64,000 bases of DNA, taken from a virus (Duplodnaviria; Caudoviricetes). Positions 28,502 through 39,891 of the stretch are shown here, one piece after another. The notes under the pieces are model-generated. The model made no database searches. It was given only the letters and a program-made list of their open reading frames with translations, and was not told where the DNA came from. The stretch lies in the IMG/VR virus record IMGVR_UViG_2939020026_000003, positions 32,001 to 96,000 of that record; one strand, given 5' to 3'. The position numbers and the translations under genes are program-made. Every line of letters begins with the position of its first letter. Position 1 is the first letter of the stretch.

Positions 28502-31102
28502 TTACACGTTCTCGTTTGAGTCAACTTCCACGTCTTTCTCATAGGCAGGAGCTTTTGAGCGATCCCCATAAATCCACGTCCTCATAATGTCAGTCAAGTG
28601 ATATGCGCCTAGCTTTAGGATCGCTGCCATCATGAATGAGATGAACACAAGGTAGAGGCAAAGCATTTGAATCGTATCCACGGCATTAGCGATGGTGCTT
28701 GCATTAGCCGACGCTATGTACGTGTTAGAGTAGGCTGAAAATGGAATCGCTTGGTACATGAAAAGCGTATTGATGTAATGCACCGCTAGGTACGTTATGG
28801 CTCCGAACATGCTCCAGCTCGCCACGTACACGACGATTGATTCAATTGGTGTCCACGTATCCGTTTCAGGGTCAATGGCGTGTTTGCTTTTGCCCATGGA
28901 CAGGATGAAGTGAGGAATGCTCGCAATCCCAGTCGCTGTGATTTTGGTCCACATGCCAAGGAAGAACGATATGACAATCATCGCGAAGGCGATTGGAATG
29001 GAGAATTTCAAGTACATCCCCATGACCCACATGTACGTTGCTGCCGAATCAGCAAACGCTGCAACGTCATCGTTCGCGTAGACGGCTGCAATCATGTACG
29101 AAGCCTCTGGACCGAAGCCATTGCCATATTCGCTGAAAATGTCTGAGGCTTCTGCGTTTGCCGTTGCTGCTGTGGCGAAAACCACCATTGCATCACTACC
29201 GCCAAACATCTTGGCAGATGCCTTCATCGACGCCTGAGCCATTTCTACACCGGCTTTTGTCTTCGCTCTGTCGGTTGGGTTGGTGTACATAATAGATAGC
29301 GCCTTGGTGCCGATTCGGATTTCTGCGGAAGCTGCTATCAGGCGATTTCCAAGCATGTCCAATTCCTTGAACACTGAGGCACACATCCTGCCTGATGGGG
29401 ATTTCTGGCTTGGGTAGCTGATGCATTCGATGGTTCTGAAAATCCCAAATGGACCGTCATTTCCTATCGTGAAATACCTGTCGAGCAAGCCGAAGAAATC
29501 GAGGTTCATCGACTGTTCTGCTTGGAATGCGCCCATGATTTCAGCGGTCGTCCAACGCCTTTCTTGTGTGGTTGAATTCTTCGTATACGGTACTGTGAAT
29601 GCTGGTTTGCCCTGAATCACAGGCTTTTCAAGGATGTTGCTCTGGTAGCTGTCGATCTTGGTCGAGTTCGCTAACAGCTTGCCCGGTTTATCGAAATTCG
29701 ATGAGGTGTACTGGCTCTGTATGAACCATCCACCCAGCGTCATGTACGAAGGGTTGGTGACGTAGCGGCTACCCAGCAAGCGGGCGTAATTGTTGATCTG
29801 AGCGCTACACATGTAAGGGCTTGAATCGCTGCCACACATCGTTTCAGCACAAGCTCTCTGAGTCGCTTCTAGATTCGCCATATCGGTATTGGTCTGGCAG
29901 AGCTGAACCCAACGATCCTTGGCGTCCACAAGGCTTTGCTCAGTCACTCCCGGCGCTCTGGTGATACTTTGGATGAATGTCGCTGACATACAGCTTGCAG
30001 AGGCATATACGTAGGCTTGCATCCCAGTCGCATCGGTGCGTCCGAGGTCATAAGTTTTGATGGCTTCACAAGACATAGATTTGTCGAATGCCTCGCCAAC
30101 CATACCGCTCGGAAGGTCCATGTGGTTGCTGAGCTTTGACGCGATATTGGCAGCATCTGTCATAGCGACTGTGTAAGCGTCTGTAAGGGCTTCAACCTCA
30201 AGCTGGTACAAGTCAGGCAGTCCGTTCGAGGATGCTGCGAGTATCGTGCCCTCGTCGATTTCATGGTCGATGTTGAGTATGCAGCTACCGACCTGAGCGA
30301 ATGCCGTTAAATGCCCTTCGTACCGATTGAAGGTAAGGTTCTGCTGAGATTTCCCCGGCTGCTGATTCACACACATCTGAAAGTCGATGAGGTTCAAAAA
30401 CTCCCTTGTGCGTTGATTCTTCGGATCGGGAATCAACACGAAAGGCTGCTCGACTGATTGCTTAGACACCAGCGCCTGCAGGTTGAAATTCCCCGCCTGT
30501 AGCCCCCATGCGATAGCTGTGTATCCCGCGACCATCAGCATGTTCGTGTCGTTATTTTCGGCTTCTAGATCTGATTTGTAGATCGGGACAAGGCTCAAAA
30601 TGACGAAAGAAATCAAGATGAAATGTCCGACTATTTCGGATCTCGTCATCTCCCTTTTGTCTTTGTCAGGTTGCCCAATCGAGATCATAGCTTCGAAAAT
30701 CGCCATCAGAGGGATTCGAATAGCTAACCCAGCGAAAACCGCACTGAAGAAAACGACAATGAGATAAATTGGACCCATATAGATTCGGTACGTATCTGAG
30801 TTGAACAGATTCGACGTACCAAGGCATTTGTACTCCCCCGTAAAAAATAGATGCGTGTCGAATGGTCCGTCATGAATAATTTGAGTCATGTGACAGCCAA
30901 GCACGGATTCCATTAACGGGAAAACCAAAGCTTGACTGCGTTCGTAATCGTTGTAATTTTCCTCAAGATTTTTGCTGGCTTTGTTGTATCCGACTGGTGA
31001 TGAGATTCCCCAGTCTTTACCAATTTCAAGGTCTGCTGCAAAGGCAGGTGAAACGACGTTCATAGAAAGCAACAAAATAAGGGAGTAAAGGAAACGTTTC
31101 AT
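28502..31102 (-). CDS. DotA/TraY-like type IVB secretion membrane protein
   Basis: 866 aa; signal peptide, N-terminal TMs, large Cys-containing periplasmic domain, ELDMLGNRLI then a C-terminal TM bundle. Confidence 0.62.
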   Translation of the reverse strand: MKRFLYSLILLLSMNVVSPAFAADLEIGKDWGISSPVGYNKASKNLEENYNDYERSQALVFPLMESVLGCHMTQIIHDGPFDTHLFFTGEYKCLGTSNLFNSDTYRIYMGPIYLIVVFFSAVFAGLAIRIPLMAIFEAMISIGQPDKDKREMTRSEIVGHFILISFVILSLVPIYKSDLEAENNDTNMLMVAGYTAIAWGLQAGNFNLQALVSKQSVEQPFVLIPDPKNQRTREFLNLIDFQMCVNQQPGKSQQNLTFNRYEGHLTAFAQVGSCILNIDHEIDEGTILAASSNGLPDLYQLEVEALTDAYTVAMTDAANIASKLSNHMDLPSGMVGEAFDKSMSCEAIKTYDLGRTDATGMQAYVYASASCMSATFIQSITRAPGVTEQSLVDAKDRWVQLCQTNTDMANLEATQRACAETMCGSDSSPYMCSAQINNYARLLGSRYVTNPSYMTLGGWFIQSQYTSSNFDKPGKLLANSTKIDSYQSNILEKPVIQGKPAFTVPYTKNSTTQERRWTTAEIMGAFQAEQSMNLDFFGLLDRYFTIGNDGPFGIFRTIECISYPSQKSPSGRMCASVFKELDMLGNRLIAASAEIRIGTKALSIMYTNPTDRAKTKAGVEMAQASMKASAKMFGGSDAMVVFATAATANAEASDIFSEYGNGFGPEASYMIAAVYANDDVAAFADSAATYMWVMGMYLKFSIPIAFAMIVISFFLGMWTKITATGIASIPHFILSMGKSKHAIDPETDTWTPIESIVVYVASWSMFGAITYLAVHYINTLFMYQAIPFSAYSNTYIASANASTIANAVDTIQMLCLYLVFISFMMAAILKLGAYHLTDIMRTWIYGDRSKAPAYEKDVEVDSNENV

Positions 31103-32618
31103 AAAAGTGTTTGTATTTTTATTCCCTTATTATACCATTTCCCCCTTCCGATTATGTTCGTCTAGGGCGGTATTTCCTTCCCGCCTTTTTAAACAGATTG
31201 TAAGCCCCGTTGGCAGTCTTTCTACTAACGATTGCATTCACTACCGTGTACATTCCGAGCGTACTCGCTCCACACATCATTTCAATTCTGCTGAGTAGTG
31301 TAGAAGCAAAGCTTAGGTAAGGCATTTTCAAGCCCATCACGCGGACTGATTCCCCTAACAACGTCAACGCGTATTTCGTGCACGAAATATGTACGATGAA
31401 GAAAACAGCTCCTGCTACTACAATTTCAATCATTTTCTGAGTGACGATATTCGCGCTTTGTCCAACTGCTGCGCCCAAACCGTTTGTTGCATATTTCATG
31501 ACGCTTTGGTCAAGTGCTGCTGCTATTTCCCAGTTGGAGATGTAGAAGAACACAATCAGCGGTCCAAACACGACAGTGCTGAAAAGGATTCCCAAGAGGG
31601 TTGAGCAGATTCTCATGAGATTGTCCCTATCGTTCAGCTTACAGAATGCAAGGATTGCGAAGGGCATGGTCACTATCAAAATCAATAGGTAGAAAATGTT
31701 CAGTATATAAAGCAAGAAAAAGGGACCAGTCATGATCGAAATGACAAGGAATTTGAACATCGTAGCGAGAATGTAGCCTTTCAATGCCCACGCGAAAAAG
31801 AATGAAGCTAAGCCGCCTGTGATGGCTCCGACGATTTGCATGAAATTTGGCGTCTTGCTGAGTTTCTTCTGGTTCTTCTTTATCTTGTCTTTCGACACGC
31901 CAGCGTTCTCTTCTGCTTTTGCCTGATCACTCATGACCCTTTCTTTTTTCTTGTCGCCGTAAGCAGTCGCTGCGTAGCCAATCAGTTTCGTGGAGGCAGC
32001 GAGGTACATGATTTGAGTCATGGTTTCAGCTATCTGTGAACCGTATTTCTGCATGCAGGTAACTGGATACTTGGTCGTTTTCACGCAAGCGTCCAGCTCG
32101 ACCTTCGGGTTTTCCAACCCCACGCCGATGGCTTCGTAGAAGTCGGCTTGCTGAGCAGAAGCAGTAGCGTTCGTGCTGTACTGCTTCTGCATGATTGCTG
32201 AGCTGTCAGCAAGGCTTGGAGCACCATCAGAATTTGGGATAAGGTTCAGTTCACGAACCCTTTCGCCCATGTTCAAGCTGTTGTAAGTCGTACCATCGCT
32301 GTAGCCATGTCTTCTCGCCCAGTCATCGATAATGTAGGTCCCTACGGCTTGGGTTTGGATCGTCTGCATGGGGGAGGATGAACCAAACTGACTCTGTGCT
32401 GTGGCAGAGAAATTCGCCTCGTCGGACATGCTCGGCATGGTCCATACGAGATTGATGAACCCTTTCTGATAAGCCTCGACCTGCCTTTTGAATAAGTCCT
32501 GATTGAACACTGAGGCATGAAACTGAGTGTTGATTTTGAGACGTGTATTATAGTATTCGTCAATCAATGCATTCGTTTTGTCGTGAATCTGAGTTTCATA
32601 CTGGTCTGTCTGACCTAA

Positions 32619-33827
32619 GGAGGCGCTGCAAAAATAGCCAACTGTCCCCACCCTTGGCACACTAAGTTCCTTCAACAGCCTCCCTCTCCGTGAGCGTTAC
32701 GCGCGTGCAGAAGACCTTCTCCGAACTCGAATATACCGGCAAGAAAAAGCAGACTCGCCGAGATCGCTTCCTGGCTGACCTTGAACAGTTGGTGCCCTGG
32801 GCCCTGCTGGAGGCGCAAGTGGCGCCGTTTTATAGCAACACCGCAGGCAAGCGCGGACGCCCTGCGATAGGGGTGTCGCGCATGTTGCGCATGTACGTCG
32901 TGCAGCAGTGTTTCGGTTTCTCCGATGAAGGTTGCGAAGATGCCGTCTACGACAGCCAGGCCATCCGCGGTTTTATGGGTATCGACCTGGGTCGCGAGTC
33001 TGCACCGGATGCCACCACCTTGCTGCGTTTTCGCCGCTTGCTGGAAGTCCATCAGCTAACCCGGCTGCTGTTTGAAACGATTAACCAGCATCTGGCCAGC
33101 CGGGGGCTGCTGCTCAAGGAAGGCACTATCGTCGACGCTACTCTGATCGCCGCGCCGCCCTCGGTCAAGAACCGAGAAGGCAAGCGTGATCCTGAGATGC
33201 ATCAGGCCAGGAAAGGCAATCAATGGCACTTTGGGATGAAGGCCCACATTGGTGTAGACGCCACGTCGGGGCTGGTGCACAGCGTAGTAGGGACGGCCGC
33301 TAACGTGGCGGATGTCACCCAGGTTGGCCAGTTGCTTCACGGTGACGAAACCTATGTTTCGGGTGACGCTGGATACACCGGTGCGGCCAAGCGACCGGAG
33401 CATGCTGAACGGGACGTTATCTGGTCGATTGCAGAACGGCCAAGCAGTTACAAGCAGCACGGCGAAGGCAGCGTGCTGTATCGGGTCAAGCGCAAAATTG
33501 AATATGCCAAGGCGCAACTGCGTGCCAAGGTCGAGCACCCCTTCCAGGTAATCAAGGTGCGCTTCAATCATCGCAAGGTTCGCTACCGTGGGCTGGAAAA
33601 GAATACAGCGCAGTTGTTCAGTTTGTTTGGGTTGGCCAATCTGATGCTGGCCAAGCGGTATTTACAACAGACGGCAGGATAAATCCGTCTGAAAGGCGGG
33701 ACTGGCCCGCCTTTCAGCAAAATGAGGGCAGAAATCTGCTCGAGAAACGTAAAATAAGGCCGGCAGGTTGAAAAAAACCGGCTTGGAAATGGGGACGGTG
33801 CGAACGGGTTAATTGTTCAGCGTCTCC
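32619..33827 (+). mobile_element. IS5-family element, copy 3
   Basis: Target duplication CTAA at 32615-32618 and 33828-33831. Confidence 0.97.
32690..33682 (+). CDS. IS5-family DDE transposase
   Basis: Identical protein. Confidence 0.97.
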   Translation: MSVTRVQKTFSELEYTGKKKQTRRDRFLADLEQLVPWALLEAQVAPFYSNTAGKRGRPAIGVSRMLRMYVVQQCFGFSDEGCEDAVYDSQAIRGFMGIDLGRESAPDATTLLRFRRLLEVHQLTRLLFETINQHLASRGLLLKEGTIVDATLIAAPPSVKNREGKRDPEMHQARKGNQWHFGMKAHIGVDATSGLVHSVVGTAANVADVTQVGQLLHGDETYVSGDAGYTGAAKRPEHAERDVIWSIAERPSSYKQHGEGSVLYRVKRKIEYAKAQLRAKVEHPFQVIKVRFNHRKVRYRGLEKNTAQLFSLFGLANLMLAKRYLQQTAG

Positions 33828-35576
33828 CTAAGCCCATCACTTTCCAGTTGTTGTCCACGCACGATGGGTTTCCGCTACCGTTTGGTGAATCTGCCTTTGT
33901 ATAAGCGTCAATAAAGTTTTGTGCAGCCATCCTATCGCCAAGTGATTTCGAGCAGGCGTAATTGACAATCAAATCAGCGATTTCGTCAGACTTCGCCATC
34001 CACGGTAAGAAATTTTTTCTCATGATGTTGGCTTGCGCATCCTTGAAGAATAGCGATGCAGCCGATTCTTTGATTTCTTGGAAGCCAGCCGGGTTTTTGT
34101 AAAAAGACGTGGTTCTTATATCGCTCATAAGCTTCGATGCATGACTTTCAAGAGCGTCAATGTCATTGAAGTCTCTATAGCTCTTGTTGTAATTCACAGC
34201 TTTTAGGTACGACAGGGTTTCGCCAATATCTGTTGGGTTTTTGGCGAAGGTTATTTTATCTGTAGCCCACATCGTTTGGTTTGGGTCTTCGGAGAAACGT
34301 TTCTCAAATGAGATTCCGTCTTCATCGTTCGGTTGCCACACATCAGCCGTAGTGTTTCTGACCTTCCAGCTCGCATCTTTCACCTTCATGTTATCAATGG
34401 CGTTGTTAAATGCAGATGTATTCGATATCACAAGGCTGGTCGCTATCAGCCCAGCGACGGTAGCTTGAGCTGAGTAATAGGTATGGCTATTTTCTTTCTT
34501 CTCTCTGTAGTCCTTGAGCGTGTCAGTTTTTGAGCTGATTTCAAGGTTGCCGGTGACTTGACGATTGATGAACCTACCGATTATTTGAGCTTCTGCCTCT
34601 GCACCAGCGTTCGCGCCTGAAACCAAAAGGTATGCACCACCACTGAGTACGTGATTCACGCCGAACAAACCGGGCATGAACATACCAATACCTGCTACAG
34701 ACGTGGCTAGTGCGTAAAGCCCCCACGATTTGAAGCGAGCTGGTTCGCCATCGTGTTCAGTGAGTTCATGTGAAATACCTGCTTTGAAATATGAAATGGC
34801 GATAGCGGGTAGGTGAAGGGTTCCGAGGAATAGGGCTATGCCCCACGCGAGCATCACGATAACGCTCAAGGTGTACTGGTTCGATGCGTTTGCTTTTTTC
34901 TGTCCGTCTGATAATCCATCCTCTATCGCGGTGGATCTATTCATTACTCCTGTTTGGTTATTTATTTCCCCAAACGTAGCGCCGCCTAGAAAGCTGTACT
35001 TAAGGTTCTGACCGATGTTTTGAGGGCATACGACATATTCTGTGTCGATGGATTTTCCGTTTTGCGAAATACCGCATTTCGTAGCATCCGTGTCAGCAAA
35101 AGCTGCACCAGTGCAAAGCATAGAAAGGAAAAGGAGATAGGGAAGAAGGCGTTTCATCGATGTTTATTTGGTTTGTCATATTATACCATTTTGACTTGCT
35201 CCTTCTTGATCGTTACGTGCAATAGAAAAGCACAATCCCCAAATCTATGATTTGGAGTGAAAAGGGCTGTGTCTGGATGATGGGTAGGGCGTACCTGCGA
35301 GAACCTGGAGGTTGATGGGTTCCTGTTGGTACGGCAACCGCTAGAAGCTTACAATCCAGCTACTCCAGCATTACGAGTCTCCCACACGCATGTCCCATCT
35401 CGACCCTATAGCTCTGTTTACCCTCGGTAATTTCAAGAACGACCTTGTGAAGTTACTGAACGGATTCCCTGTCATCTATCTGTGTGAGCAAAGCCCTGAA
35501 GGCGTGTACGTCGTTCAGTTAGACAAAGAGAAGAATCTTGTCGTAGACGACAAGCAGGCTCTGACCATTTCCCTAG

Positions 35577-36785
35577 GGAGGCGCTGCAAAAATAGCCAAC
35601 TGTCCCCACCCTTGGCACACTAAGTTCCTTCAACAGCCTCCCTCTCCGTGAGCGTTACGCGCGTGCAGAAGACCTTCTCCGAACTCGAATATACCGGCAA
35701 GAAAAAGCAGACTCGCCGAGATCGCTTCCTGGCTGACCTTGAACAGTTGGTGCCCTGGGCCCTGCTGGAGGCGCAAGTGGCGCCGTTTTATAGCAACACC
35801 GCAGGCAAGCGCGGACGCCCTGCGATAGGGGTGTCGCGCATGTTGCGCATGTACGTCGTGCAGCAGTGTTTCGGTTTCTCCGATGAAGGTTGCGAAGATG
35901 CCGTCTACGACAGCCAGGCCATCCGCGGTTTTATGGGTATCGACCTGGGTCGCGAGTCTGCACCGGATGCCACCACCTTGCTGCGTTTTCGCCGCTTGCT
36001 GGAAGTCCATCAGCTAACCCGGCTGCTGTTTGAAACGATTAACCAGCATCTGGCCAGCCGGGGGCTGCTGCTCAAGGAAGGCACTATCGTCGACGCTACT
36101 CTGATCGCCGCGCCGCCCTCGGTCAAGAACCGAGAAGGCAAGCGTGATCCTGAGATGCATCAGGCCAGGAAAGGCAATCAATGGCACTTTGGGATGAAGG
36201 CCCACATTGGTGTAGACGCCACGTCGGGGCTGGTGCACAGCGTAGTAGGGACGGCCGCTAACGTGGCGGATGTCACCCAGGTTGGCCAGTTGCTTCACGG
36301 TGACGAAACCTATGTTTCGGGTGACGCTGGATACACCGGTGCGGCCAAGCGACCGGAGCATGCTGAACGGGACGTTATCTGGTCGATTGCAGAACGGCCA
36401 AGCAGTTACAAGCAGCACGGCGAAGGCAGCGTGCTGTATCGGGTCAAGCGCAAAATTGAATATGCCAAGGCGCAACTGCGTGCCAAGGTCGAGCACCCCT
36501 TCCAGGTAATCAAGGTGCGCTTCAATCATCGCAAGGTTCGCTACCGTGGGCTGGAAAAGAATACAGCGCAGTTGTTCAGTTTGTTTGGGTTGGCCAATCT
36601 GATGCTGGCCAAGCGGTATTTACAACAGACGGCAGGATAAATCCGTCTGAAAGGCGGGACTGGCCCGCCTTTCAGCAAAATGAGGGCAGAAATCTGCTCG
36701 AGAAACGTAAAATAAGGCCGGCAGGTTGAAAAAAACCGGCTTGGAAATGGGGACGGTGCGAACGGGTTAATTGTTCAGCGTCTCC
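35577..36785 (+). mobile_element. IS5-family element, copy 4
   Basis: Target duplication CTAG at 35573-35576 and 36786-36789. Confidence 0.97.
35648..36640 (+). CDS. IS5-family DDE transposase
   Basis: Identical protein. Confidence 0.97.
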   Translation: MSVTRVQKTFSELEYTGKKKQTRRDRFLADLEQLVPWALLEAQVAPFYSNTAGKRGRPAIGVSRMLRMYVVQQCFGFSDEGCEDAVYDSQAIRGFMGIDLGRESAPDATTLLRFRRLLEVHQLTRLLFETINQHLASRGLLLKEGTIVDATLIAAPPSVKNREGKRDPEMHQARKGNQWHFGMKAHIGVDATSGLVHSVVGTAANVADVTQVGQLLHGDETYVSGDAGYTGAAKRPEHAERDVIWSIAERPSSYKQHGEGSVLYRVKRKIEYAKAQLRAKVEHPFQVIKVRFNHRKVRYRGLEKNTAQLFSLFGLANLMLAKRYLQQTAG

Positions 36786-37372
36786 CTAGGAGACTTCAAA
36801 GCGAGCGTAAAGCCGACGAAGGATGGTGGTTGCCTCGAAGTCAGGTTCCGTGCGTTGGAGATCGACGTGTTCGGTACGAATGGGTACGCCACGGTGAGCG
36901 TTGAGCAAGGGCAGGGGATTGTCTTCAAGGAGCTTCAAAAGGTTTTGATGGTCTTCGGTGCCAACGCGCCCATTGAAGGAGGGATGACTAGTGTCCTGAA
37001 AGGAGCCATCGCGAAGGTAGCGAAATGGCGCAAGGGTGAACTGACCTTCAAGCCAAACTGACCAGATCTGGCGTATGGGTTGGCTCTCGCTCACGTCCGG
37101 CAAGGGTCAATCTACAATTATTTTCTCTAAACGTTTTTATCGTCTACCTCCCTCCTGATCGATTTCTTCTATCAAAATTCCTCGCTTTTTCACAAAAATC
37201 CCAATCGAATGTTCTAGAAAATCTTTAAATTCTTTTAAACATAACCTTCAAGCTCAGGTGGCTTAAGGCTTGTAGCGGTTTTGCGTTTTTCGCAATCACT
37301 GTTCAAAAAACTCTAATCCTTTTTAAAGATTTTCAGCGAAAATAAAAGTTGCTTTTCGCGTGTTTTGGTCGT

Positions 37373-37400
37373 TTGACAAATAATTTGGATTTGATATCGT
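37373..37400 (+). promoter_or_regulatory. Sigma70-type promoter
   Basis: TTGACA, 16-nt spacer ending in TGA, then TATCGT. Confidence 0.5.
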
Positions 37401-37552
37401 TTGTCTCGTCGAAAACAAACACGCTTTCGAATATGTGCATTACCTGAAACCTTCTACGTTTCTAAAAGTAGTTTTAACAATACTACAATGCACGCCCAAG
37501 CAGTAACGCTGCTTCGCTTTGACATTCGGTTAAAGCGCAAAGATTAAAAAGC

Positions 37553-38080
37553 ATGGCTAACGTATTTCGTTGTGAAGTAGTTTTGAAAGGTTCTGAGTCC
37601 TCTATTGAATTGTTTATCAATAATTATTTCAGCATTGAACAAGAACGAAAGTTCCTAGATTTTGAAAAGCTCCTTCCATTGAACGGTAATGAACCCTGTG
37701 ATGTCTGGTCATCATCAAGTGATGCATATAATTTCGAAATTATTCGTGCGGATTCAAATGTATTTGCTTTTCGATTCGATGTTAACAACTGCCCGCCAGC
37801 AGAAATTTTCACAAAAATTCTGTTGATGAAGAATGACTTTAAGGAAATCAACATAGTTTCTTGTTGCGAACATTTGTCTGAGCTGATTCAGTTTGATGCT
37901 AAAGCAAATCTGTATATCACATACTTGGAATGGGCTGACCAAAATCCTCTTCATCGTAAATTGATCAAGCAAACTGCGAAACGTCTTTTTGGCTATTCAA
38001 AGCGTCCGAATCTGGAAGAGCAAGGATTTATTCATGTAGGCGGTGGGAATACATTAAGGTTCATGCTGGCATTGGTCTAA
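37553..38080 (+). CDS. DUF1281/YubB(Api92)-like ferredoxin-fold protein
   Basis: MAN....V.L.G, DFEKLLP, W and F.FD...PP motif pattern. Confidence 0.55.
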   Translation: MANVFRCEVVLKGSESSIELFINNYFSIEQERKFLDFEKLLPLNGNEPCDVWSSSSDAYNFEIIRADSNVFAFRFDVNNCPPAEIFTKILLMKNDFKEINIVSCCEHLSELIQFDAKANLYITYLEWADQNPLHRKLIKQTAKRLFGYSKRPNLEEQGFIHVGGGNTLRFMLALV

Positions 38081-38255
38081 ACCAACTGTATCCGCGTTTC
38101 AAAAAAGCCTAACCCGCAACACACGGCTTCACCTACTTGCACTAATTGAAATGGTCCCATTTCTAATCGCTGGTTGAATCCAGCAGTGCAAACCCGAAAA
38201 GTTAAAGTCTTTTCCACGCGTCAATTCCTGACGATGTGCGCCGCTCTGTGCGCGT

Positions 38256-38488
38256 TTGAAATATCTTGGATCGAAAAAAAGCTGTTGGGTTTTATTGATT
38301 CTGTCGTAACAGAATACGTTTCTAAAACTGCAAAGCCTTCTGATGAAATCGTTCTGTGTGATCTGTTTAGCGGTTCCGGTAAAGTGGCAAGCCATTTTAA
38401 GGATCGCTTCAAGGTTGTAGCAAATGATTTGGAATACTACTCCTATGCGACGTTGGAGAACCTACTGAATAACGACTCTTCGAAGTAG
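38256..38488 (+). pseudogene. N6-adenine DNA methyltransferase remnant (frameshifted and truncated)
   Basis: (M)KYLGSKK, shift in the A7 run 38274-38280, then KLL...DLFSGSG...VVAND; no DPPY part. Confidence 0.8.
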
Positions 38489-38516
38489 GAGGAAAGTAGG
38501 CTAAAATTGAATTTTT

Positions 38517-39689
38517 GTGACCGCATTTCAAGGGACAAAAATGCATAGTGCCGCTCTCGACACCCAGCTTTTCATGAAATTGCCTCTCCACTGTGAGGAA
38601 ACCGATTCTAATGGGTTTGTTTATTTCAAAGATGTTCAGGCTCATCCGCTGACACTGGATGATTGGTTGGTTTTCTCTACGTCGAATGATTTAAAGATGA
38701 AGATTTTCGGAGTTGTTGCTGATAAACCGGAATGGGACAAATCCTTTCCTCCAATTGGCAACAGGTTCATGGCAGATTTCGCAGTCGGACCAGAATTGAA
38801 AAACTCATGCTTTGCCTTGGTCAAAGGCGGATGGGTTCCTGTATTTTATATATTATCTAAAGGAAATATTATTGCTGATAGGAATTTGGTTTCTGAAATT
38901 CAAGCAAGATTTTCAAATGGAAAAATCTCTTCTGGTAGGGAGCGTGACGATTTTATAGACTATATTTGTGATAAGAATTGTTCGTGTACTATTCACACAA
39001 TTTCTTATGCGTTAGAAAGTAACGAGCGAAAGATACCATCTCCTGAAAAAATGATTGAGCAACATAAGTCAGCATTCCAGACCCTTTCCAAAGCTTTGCC
39101 GCATGTGGAAATTTGGCCTAAATCAGATTCGGACCTCCAGTATTTGATCGAGATCGCTGATAAATATCGTGATTATTTTTCAGAAGGTGTACGGCTGCTT
39201 TTGAGATTAGCACCGTTAATCGTAAATTCACCGGCGCAAGGTAAAAGGGTAGAGCGATGGAAGGAAATGGCTGCAATAGCTAAAGCTGAAAATATTTCGG
39301 TTAATAATATTGCATTTCTCGCATGTCTAAGCGCTTCATCTGCTAAGCAAGGTTTCAATCCGGCTCAAAAGCTGGTGAAGCCTAAAGCTGCTTACACCGA
39401 AGAAGATGCCTACAATTCGATGTATGATCTTTTTTTGATAATGCTCACTAATCTTCTTCAAACACAAGCGCCAGATCTTAAGGTGACGCTTGTTACTCGC
39501 GATAAGAATTTGGCAATTTTTTGGATGGGACTTACCTTTGCAGATCCATCAATACCCGGTCAGCAGATGATTGGTCTGAACCAAAAATTATTACCTGTTT
39601 CTGAGGCTGAGCTTGAAGAACTCGCCTTTATTTTAGGAGACAAGCGAGTTAACCCGTCTTGGAATATCCCACCTACACCGAAATATTGA
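38517..39689 (+). CDS. Hypothetical protein, possible PIN-like nuclease
   Basis: IIADRN, ALESN, MYDL and LVTRDKNL acidic motifs in PIN-like order. Confidence 0.55.
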   Translation: MTAFQGTKMHSAALDTQLFMKLPLHCEETDSNGFVYFKDVQAHPLTLDDWLVFSTSNDLKMKIFGVVADKPEWDKSFPPIGNRFMADFAVGPELKNSCFALVKGGWVPVFYILSKGNIIADRNLVSEIQARFSNGKISSGRERDDFIDYICDKNCSCTIHTISYALESNERKIPSPEKMIEQHKSAFQTLSKALPHVEIWPKSDSDLQYLIEIADKYRDYFSEGVRLLLRLAPLIVNSPAQGKRVERWKEMAAIAKAENISVNNIAFLACLSASSAKQGFNPAQKLVKPKAAYTEEDAYNSMYDLFLIMLTNLLQTQAPDLKVTLVTRDKNLAIFWMGLTFADPSIPGQQMIGLNQKLLPVSEAELEELAFILGDKRVNPSWNIPPTPKY

Positions 39690-39716
39690 CCTTTCCGTCC
39701 CAGTTTTTTGGAACGT

Positions 39717-39875
39717 GACCAAGGCGGGATGACTGACGTACACGACCGGCGTCCAGTAGTGCTTTCCCCCGAGCTTGCGAGGGAGTGGCTTTCACCTGAC
39801 CTCACGAAAGACCTTGCCAAGGACGTTGGCGACGTGCGCAATAAAGGCGAGTATCTGATCCGGTCGATTACGTGA
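39717..39875 (+). pseudogene. SRAP (SOS response-associated peptidase) C-terminal remnant
   Basis: Reads DQGGMTDVHDRRPVVLSPELAREWL...VGDVRNKGEYLI*; not in the ORF track. Confidence 0.85.
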
Positions 39876-39891
39876 ATAGGATGGCAGGATA

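Larger units (their letters stand above)
31152..35157 (-). pseudogene. Second DotA/TraY-like gene (930 aa rejoined), split by IS5 copy 3
   Basis: Removing the IS gives in-frame ...KVMGL|GQTDQY...; same topology and MKR..L...AFA start as its neighbour. Confidence 0.65.
35390..37061 (+). pseudogene. Hypothetical gene (152 aa rejoined) split by IS5 copy 4
   Basis: In-frame join ...ALTISLG|DFKASVK... Confidence 0.75.

Noticed and set aside
38274-38280. Phase-variable methyltransferase (A7 tract)
   Set aside because: Even with the frame restored the gene stops at 38488, before any catalytic DPPY motif.
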